From a virus (taxonomy: Duplodnaviria > Caudoviricetes), in the IMG/VR virus record IMGVR_UViG_3300037504_000243, positions 1-63,022 of that record: a DNA stretch of 63,022 nucleotides; one strand, given 5' to 3'. The stretch's first letter is position 1. Every line of letters begins with the position of its first letter. A program made the translations under genes and the position numbers. Below are positions 58,499 through 63,022 of this stretch, in pieces. The notes beneath the pieces were generated by a model. It was not told where the DNA came from. It did no database searches and saw only the letters and a program-made list of their open reading frames with translations.

Positions 58499-58786
58499 TT
58501 AGTTGTTTAATAAATCGGCCACGGCCTGATAACCCGGATCGTCCTCGTTCCAGTTTTCAAAATTTTCGATATCGGTCTTGTTGATTATAACTGCGTAGTC
58601 ACGATTACGATCAGACCAGGAAACGTCATCCATCCAGGGGCCGGGAATAACCTCGATTTCTCCTGTATCCTGAAATATAATCAGGGTGGGGTCCATGACT
58701 CGGCTGTGGATCAGGTTTTCGATATGATCGGCCGATACCAGTTCGGGTTCGTCGTTGATTTTTTCTTCGCTGGTGATCTCCCGCAT
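58499..58786 (-). CDS. Hypothetical acidic protein
   Basis: AGGAGG SD; upstream promoter; downstream hairpin GGGGCC-ttgc-GGCCCC. Confidence 0.6.
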   Translation of the reverse strand: MREITSEEKINDEPELVSADHIENLIHSRVMDPTLIIFQDTGEIEVIPGPWMDDVSWSDRNRDYAVIINKTDIENFENWNEDDPGYQAVADLLNN

Positions 58787-58811
58787 TTCATTACCTCCTC
58801 ACTACTCAATC

Positions 58812-58840
58812 ACTTTAACGTAACCCGGTGTGTCTGTCAA
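58812..58840 (-). promoter_or_regulatory. Sigma70-like promoter TTGACA-17-TAAAGT
   Basis: Consensus match in an intergenic gap. Confidence 0.65.
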
Positions 58841-58863
58841 GCACAAACACACCGGCAACTTAT

Positions 58864-59076
58864 TTACTCCTCTTTGTCAGTGAACCACCCAGACCAATCC
58901 TTGTCACTGCCACCTGTCAACACACAGACCACAATCATTCGCACCATCTCATCGGGAGTCTCACACCGGCCAAGAGATAAAAACCCGGACTGACCATTGA
59001 ACCAGTACAACCCTGGCCCATACCAGGTAGCTTTGACCTGTTTCAGTTGCTCACCCATCCACTCAGTGTCCACCAC
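58864..59076 (-). CDS. Hypothetical protein
   Basis: Early-region ORF. Confidence 0.45.
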   Translation of the reverse strand: MVDTEWMGEQLKQVKATWYGPGLYWFNGQSGFLSLGRCETPDEMVRMIVVCVLTGGSDKDWSGWFTDKEE

Positions 59077-59080
59077 ACTG

Positions 59081-59296
59081 TTATCGACTTTGATTATACT
59101 TCGTCACCTCCTTTACTAAACCCTCAGTTATCATTTCAATCCCTCGCAGTTGTCGGACTACAGGAACCACCTCTTCTTTCATTAGTTGCGCTGCTTCTTG
59201 TCGGTCCAGACAATACATGTAGATCAACGTATCTTTAAGTATATGTGCCGCCGCGTTTAACCTACCCTCTAACCACGTACTGACATTTTTTCTCAT
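59081..59296 (-). CDS. Hypothetical protein
   Basis: AGGAG SD. Confidence 0.55.
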   Translation of the reverse strand: MRKNVSTWLEGRLNAAAHILKDTLIYMYCLDRQEAAQLMKEEVVPVVRQLRGIEMITEGLVKEVTKYNQSR

Positions 59297-59307
59297 CTTG
59301 TGTCCTC

Positions 59308-59592
59308 CTAAATATCACCTAGTGATATTGCTCTTTGATGTAAATCTTCCAACCTATCCAGGTCCGTATAACACTCGTTTGCCTCTTCCCAAATCGCTTC
59401 AATTGCAATGAGATTCTGTTTACCCTGGTCTAGTCTCTTCTTCTCCCTGACTAAATCGTACTCTATAACTTCACGGTTCTCATACGACCAATCACCGGTT
59501 TTCATCCCGTGCTCTAGCCGCGCCTTATTTCTCTCGATGTTACGTTCAACGTGTTCTATACGTTCCTTTAATCTATTAACGTAAACCTTCAT
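59308..59592 (-). CDS. Hypothetical coiled-coil protein
   Basis: AGGAGGTAACGAAATG start cassette. Confidence 0.6.
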   Translation of the reverse strand: MKVYVNRLKERIEHVERNIERNKARLEHGMKTGDWSYENREVIEYDLVREKKRLDQGKQNLIAIEAIWEEANECYTDLDRLEDLHQRAISLGDI

Positions 59593-59605
59593 TTCGTTAC
59601 CTCCT

Positions 59606-59848
59606 TTACTCACACAATTCTCTTGCAGCGTTATACCTTACCCACCCGTCGTATGGGTTATACGGCAATGCTAAGTAGTCGTCTCGATCTATATTGACAA
59701 CACAGTCAGAACCATTTTCTCTCTTTTGCACCACTCCGTTGGCGTCTTCCAAACTTAACACTAGGTAGTAAACAGCATCGTAAACAGCTACACCTAACCC
59801 GTTTACAAACATGTCTCCAGACCACTCGATAAACTTCTTTTCTGTCAT
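59606..59848 (-). CDS. Hypothetical protein
   Basis: AGGAGGTAATGAGATG start cassette. Confidence 0.6.
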   Translation of the reverse strand: MTEKKFIEWSGDMFVNGLGVAVYDAVYYLVLSLEDANGVVQKRENGSDCVVNIDRDDYLALPYNPYDGWVRYNAARELCE

Positions 59849-59934
59849 CTCATTACCTCCTATTGTTATCATTTACACACTACCAGGTTGGCGCTCTACA
59901 ACCTCAATCGTAGAGCGCCCAACTAGTACTACCA

Positions 59935-60225
59935 TTATCTACCCACCACTAACACGCCCAACTCCCAGAGATATCGAGCGTAATCGTTAAACTCAACAAA
60001 CTCGTTCTTGATATCGGCGGGTATAGTGGTGGTATGCCACCACCCACTAAGCTCAACCACGAGTTCGTTGTAGGTTATCGGCGAGTGCTTCTTATATTTG
60101 TGGTATACTACCACATGTATAATCTTCTTATCAGTAGAGTTGCATTGATCGATACACCATTCATACAGCCTCTTGATATACTGCAGCTTCTCATTACAGG
60201 CCAGGTCCATATTATTACTACACAT
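59935..60225 (-). CDS. Hypothetical protein
   Basis: GAGG SD. Confidence 0.5.
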   Translation of the reverse strand: MCSNNMDLACNEKLQYIKRLYEWCIDQCNSTDKKIIHVVVYHKYKKHSPITYNELVVELSGWWHTTTIPADIKNEFVEFNDYARYLWELGVLVVGR

Positions 60226-60236
60226 TCTAGTACCTC

Positions 60237-60602
60237 CTATCTGGTAAGGTCAAAGTATATCCAGCCACCCAGATATACCGATTCCTGCCCGCCGTCTTTG
60301 ACAAACTCTATCTGACACCGGGCCTTGTTAGTATACCGTGAAGTGGTTTTATGCTGACCACCGGTCACTTCGACATTGATAGCTAACTTCATTAACCCAT
60401 CCCCGGCTAACACTCTGAACTCACAACCTGGGAACTCATTATCTCTATAGTCATCACCACTCTCTAAAGTGGCTCCAGCAATCCAACCATCTGGTAACAG
60501 ATAGTTCCCCACTTTTGGGGTATGCCTTACCCTACTAACCAACATAATACGTACCTCCTCGTTACTGATTAATTCAAACTCCGGCCTAGTGACTCTCACC
60601 AA
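60237..60602 (-). CDS. Hypothetical protein
   Basis: Early-region ORF; start uncertain. Confidence 0.5.
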   Translation of the reverse strand: MVRVTRPEFELISNEEVRIMLVSRVRHTPKVGNYLLPDGWIAGATLESGDDYRDNEFPGCEFRVLAGDGLMKLAINVEVTGGQHKTTSRYTNKARCQIEFVKDGGQESVYLGGWIYFDLTR

Positions 60603-60635
60603 TAGGCCGACGGTTGAACCAACCTATACCTGACT

Positions 60636-60914
60636 CTACTGTTCGTCGTGACTCCTGATAATGTCCAAGTAGTTAACCTCCTCTAAAGCGGCGGTCAACA
60701 TGTCACTTGCTAAACAGGCACCCATCTCACCACTCTGGGACTCAACCATCTCTTCGACAAAATACTTAAGCTCATCCACCTTTTCATAAACCTCCTTGCT
60801 GTCATCATTAGCCAGCTCATACAACTACTCGTTCGAGTAGGGCTCATTGTCCAGCCACAGAGATACTAACCAGGTCTCATAGTTGGTATACCCATTATAA
60901 GTATTATCAGTCAT
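60636..60914 (-). pseudogene. YNG.TNYETW-type phage protein interrupted by an in-frame TAG (60825-60827)
   Basis: MTDNTYNGYTNYETWLVSLWLDNEPYSNE*LYELAN...DMLTAALEEVNY; strong SD at the 5' start. Confidence 0.7.
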
Positions 60915-60961
60915 CTCATTACCTCCTATTGTTATTGTTATTGTTATTGTTACTGTTTTCC

Positions 60962-61025
60962 AGTAACTTCAACAACAGGGCAGTGGTAGTGATATCACTA
61001 CCACTGCCCTGTTGTTGAAGTTACT
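60962..61025. repeat. Perfect 64-bp palindrome with no spacer
   Basis: 32-bp arm AGTAACTTCAACAACAGGGCAGTGGTAGTGAT followed by its exact reverse complement. Confidence 0.95.
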
Positions 61026-61236
61026 CGTTAGTGACACGGTCCGCGGTTATCAATGCCCGCTCTTCGTCAACACCCTCCCCCTTAAACAGAGGGTTACCGT
61101 GTTTATCCTCCCCTAAATGCAGTTGGTTAAGCTCATCAATAAGCCCCATCAACCGGTCCGGGGTTTCGACTAATCCATCATCCCACAGCGTCTTAGCCGT
61201 GAGAATATCGCTCACTAACTTGGTAATCTTGTCCAT
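61021..61236 (-). CDS. Hypothetical protein, first early gene
   Basis: AGGAGGTAACGAGATG start cassette. Confidence 0.6.
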   Translation of the reverse strand: MDKITKLVSDILTAKTLWDDGLVETPDRLMGLIDELNQLHLGEDKHGNPLFKGEGVDEERALITADRVTNE

Positions 61237-61390
61237 CTCGTTACCTCCTATTGTATATACTCTATATATTATTTCTCTCCCTCTCTCTCTCTCACTGCCC
61301 CTGAGTTCCTTCGCTCGCTGTCTCACCGGAATCCCTGCCGTCCATTGGCTGCCCATCCTTCGAGCTTTCACTGATCGGGCTCTCTATTCT

Positions 61391-61404
61391 ATTTTCAAAG
61401 ATCA
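61391..61404 (-). promoter_or_regulatory. boxA-like antitermination element TGATCTTTGAAAAT
   Basis: Resembles rRNA/nut boxA; lies in the leader downstream of the sigma54 motif. Confidence 0.4.
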
Positions 61405-61452
61405 TGTTGAGTGTTTGCTGTGTGTTTCTGTTTCGCTCTTGCCTGTATAATA

Positions 61453-61470
61453 TTGCAACCCCTGTGCCAA
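61453..61470 (-). promoter_or_regulatory. Sigma54 (-24/-12) promoter TTGGCACAGGGGTTGCAA
   Basis: TGGCAC-N5-TTGCA with exact GG-N10-GC spacing, at the head of the early operon. Confidence 0.7.
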
Positions 61471-61872
61471 CTTGGCACACCTTACACCACACCCCCACCT
61501 ACATACCACGCAACTATTTGTTATCACTGCAATAATACCCATATAAAAATCTTCTACGCCAGTACCTTCACTCCCTCAAACCCAATCTCGATTGTTCAAA
61601 ATTCTGTACCCGCACTTACGGAATGAAACATAATTCTGCACTCACCTACCTCTCACCCTCTGTGCCCGTAAGGCCCGTGCCAGTCCGTCACATGTTCACA
61701 ATCTATACAAAAATTTGGACCCTGTACAAAAACCTGTACCCCCCACACCACCTCGGTAAACTCTTAACCATTAGCAAATATTTACGGTCATCACCCTCCC
61801 CCTCGCTCGACAATGTTTCAACCGTTTCACCACCCCACCTCACCGCCACAACCCTACTCTATTCCTACCATA

Positions 61873-61901
61873 TTGACATCCACTCCATGCTAGTTTATAT
61901 T
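61873..61901 (+). promoter_or_regulatory. Sigma70-like promoter TTGACA-17-TATATT upstream of the morphogenesis operon
   Basis: Consensus match about 315 bp before terS. Confidence 0.6.
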
Positions 61902-62215
61902 TGACTAGTACAAACACTTAGTGTATTACAGTGATATGAAACAATTCTGAAACAGTGAAACAGTGAGTGATCGTTTGAGTGAAACAACCTCCACATACCT
62001 CGACAACCACCGCACCCCGCAGCGCTCCGGGGGGACTACCTCCATTACCCTCCGGAGCGCCACCCCCTACCGCTCTCACCTGACCCCACCCTACACCTCT
62101 AAGAGAGTTTCACATGAAACATACGTCCACACTCTGCTAATGTCTCTACCACCAAAGAGTATCTCCTTATTGTTACCCTGTGTCGAGCAGTGGTATGGTG
62201 ACGTGGGAGGTTTCA

Positions 62216-63022
62216 ATGACACTCAAACGGCCTGACTCATTCTGGGAGCACATACGCGCCCGCTATGAGGCCGGGGGACCGCGCAACACCCAGTCCGCTC
62301 TGGCCCGTGAGTTTGGCGTCTCACATACCGCCATCAGAAAACACCGTGTCCAAGAGAACTGGGTGGACCCCATCAGAGACGAGGTCAAACACACCGCCGA
62401 CGCCATGCTCAACGGTCTGTGTGGCTACTCCCCCGACCTTCACGACACCGACATTGGTACTGGCGACCTCAATATAGTAGGTCTGACCGAGAAGGACATC
62501 GAGGCAGTGTTACCTATGCCTTCATCCGACCCCGCCCTTAACCCTGACCAACCCTTGACCCAAGCTGAACGAGACCGTCAAGGTGTGATACAACGAGAGG
62601 CTAGGAAACGAGCATTAATAAAACTACGGCATCGTAAGGAGTGGAGGATACCGCTTCAACTCTTCCATGCCGCTAAGAAAGATTTCGATACCGGCGACCT
62701 TATCGACGCTGGAAAAAAAATGGACGGAGCGAAACGAGCGGCCGAGACTTTGGCTCTCATTCAGTCAAATGAAGGCCGGCTTTGGGACCTTAACCGAGCT
62801 AGCGACGACTTTGTCCAGGATATGACAGTAGCCGCCCGAGACCTGTTGAGGGATAGTGGTTTTACTCTTAATCTACCAAGCAGTAGTATTGAGAATGATA
62901 CTGATACTGATACTGATACTGATACTGATACTGATACTGATACTGATACTGATACTGATACTGATACTGATACTGATACTGATACTGATACTGATACTGA
63001 TACTGATACTGATACTGATACT
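62216..63022 (+). CDS. terS: Terminase small subunit (absent from the ORF track; runs off the end)
   Basis: GGAGG SD and ATG 62216; HTH W..IRARYEAG...QSALAREFGVSHTAIRKH....NW; HRKEW, AKRAAETL; open into (DT)n; precedes terL if circular. Confidence 0.8.
   Translation, partial: MTLKRPDSFWEHIRARYEAGGPRNTQSALAREFGVSHTAIRKHRVQENWVDPIRDEVKHTADAMLNGLCGYSPDLHDTDIGTGDLNIVGLTEKDIEAVLPMPSSDPALNPDQPLTQAERDRQGVIQREARKRALIKLRHRKEWRIPLQLFHAAKKDFDTGDLIDAGKKMDGAKRAAETLALIQSNEGRLWDLNRASDDFVQDMTVAARDLLRDSGFTLNLPSSSIENDTDTDTDTDTDTDTDTDTDTDTDTDTDTDTDTDTDTDTDTDT
62896..63022 (+). repeat. (GATACT)n microsatellite, right contig end
   Basis: T plus 21 perfect GATACT units. Confidence 0.98.

Noticed and set aside
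9985-60827. Genome-wide stop-codon reassignment
   Set aside because: The two interrupting stops differ (TAA, TAG); TTTAP tails end at both TAG and TAA; decoration and capsid genes end TAG TAG
61411-62477. Track ORFs 61411, 61623, 61963 and 62265
   Set aside because: Low-complexity translations in the control region, or out of frame with terS

Overview
This is an apparently complete ~63 kb tailed-phage (siphovirus-like) genome, opened inside a (GATACT)n microsatellite in the small-terminase gene. The + strand from about 62.2 kb through the origin to 31.7 kb carries morphogenesis and lysis genes: a Mu-like TerS/TerL/portal/MuF/gpG/protease set, lambda-like decoration and capsid proteins, Mu gp36/gp37, tail tube, two fibres, amidase/holin/spanins, tail chaperones, tape measure and tail tip. 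The - strand from 61.4 to 31.7 kb carries small early genes, a beta-clamp, an iteron-type origin, UDG-PolA, a DinG-like helicase, a Dam-like MTase, recombination and nuclease genes, NrdJ, and a large glycan-synthesis cluster. No integrase, transposase, primase, tRNA or CRISPR was recognised. Spanins imply a Gram-negative host. Best candidate for a new system: phage-encoded virion O-glycosylation. Four unrelated virion proteins end in a codon-diversified Thr/Ser tract closing with an identical TTTAP-stop. The genome also encodes five glycosyltransferase-like proteins, UDP-galactopyranose mutase, a SAM methyltransferase, and a sulfotransferase-like protein translationally coupled inside the tail operon. 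Second candidate: a probable -1 frameshift fusing the portal to a metallopeptidase-MuF-kinase effector. All product calls come from motif recognition by eye; no searches were run.
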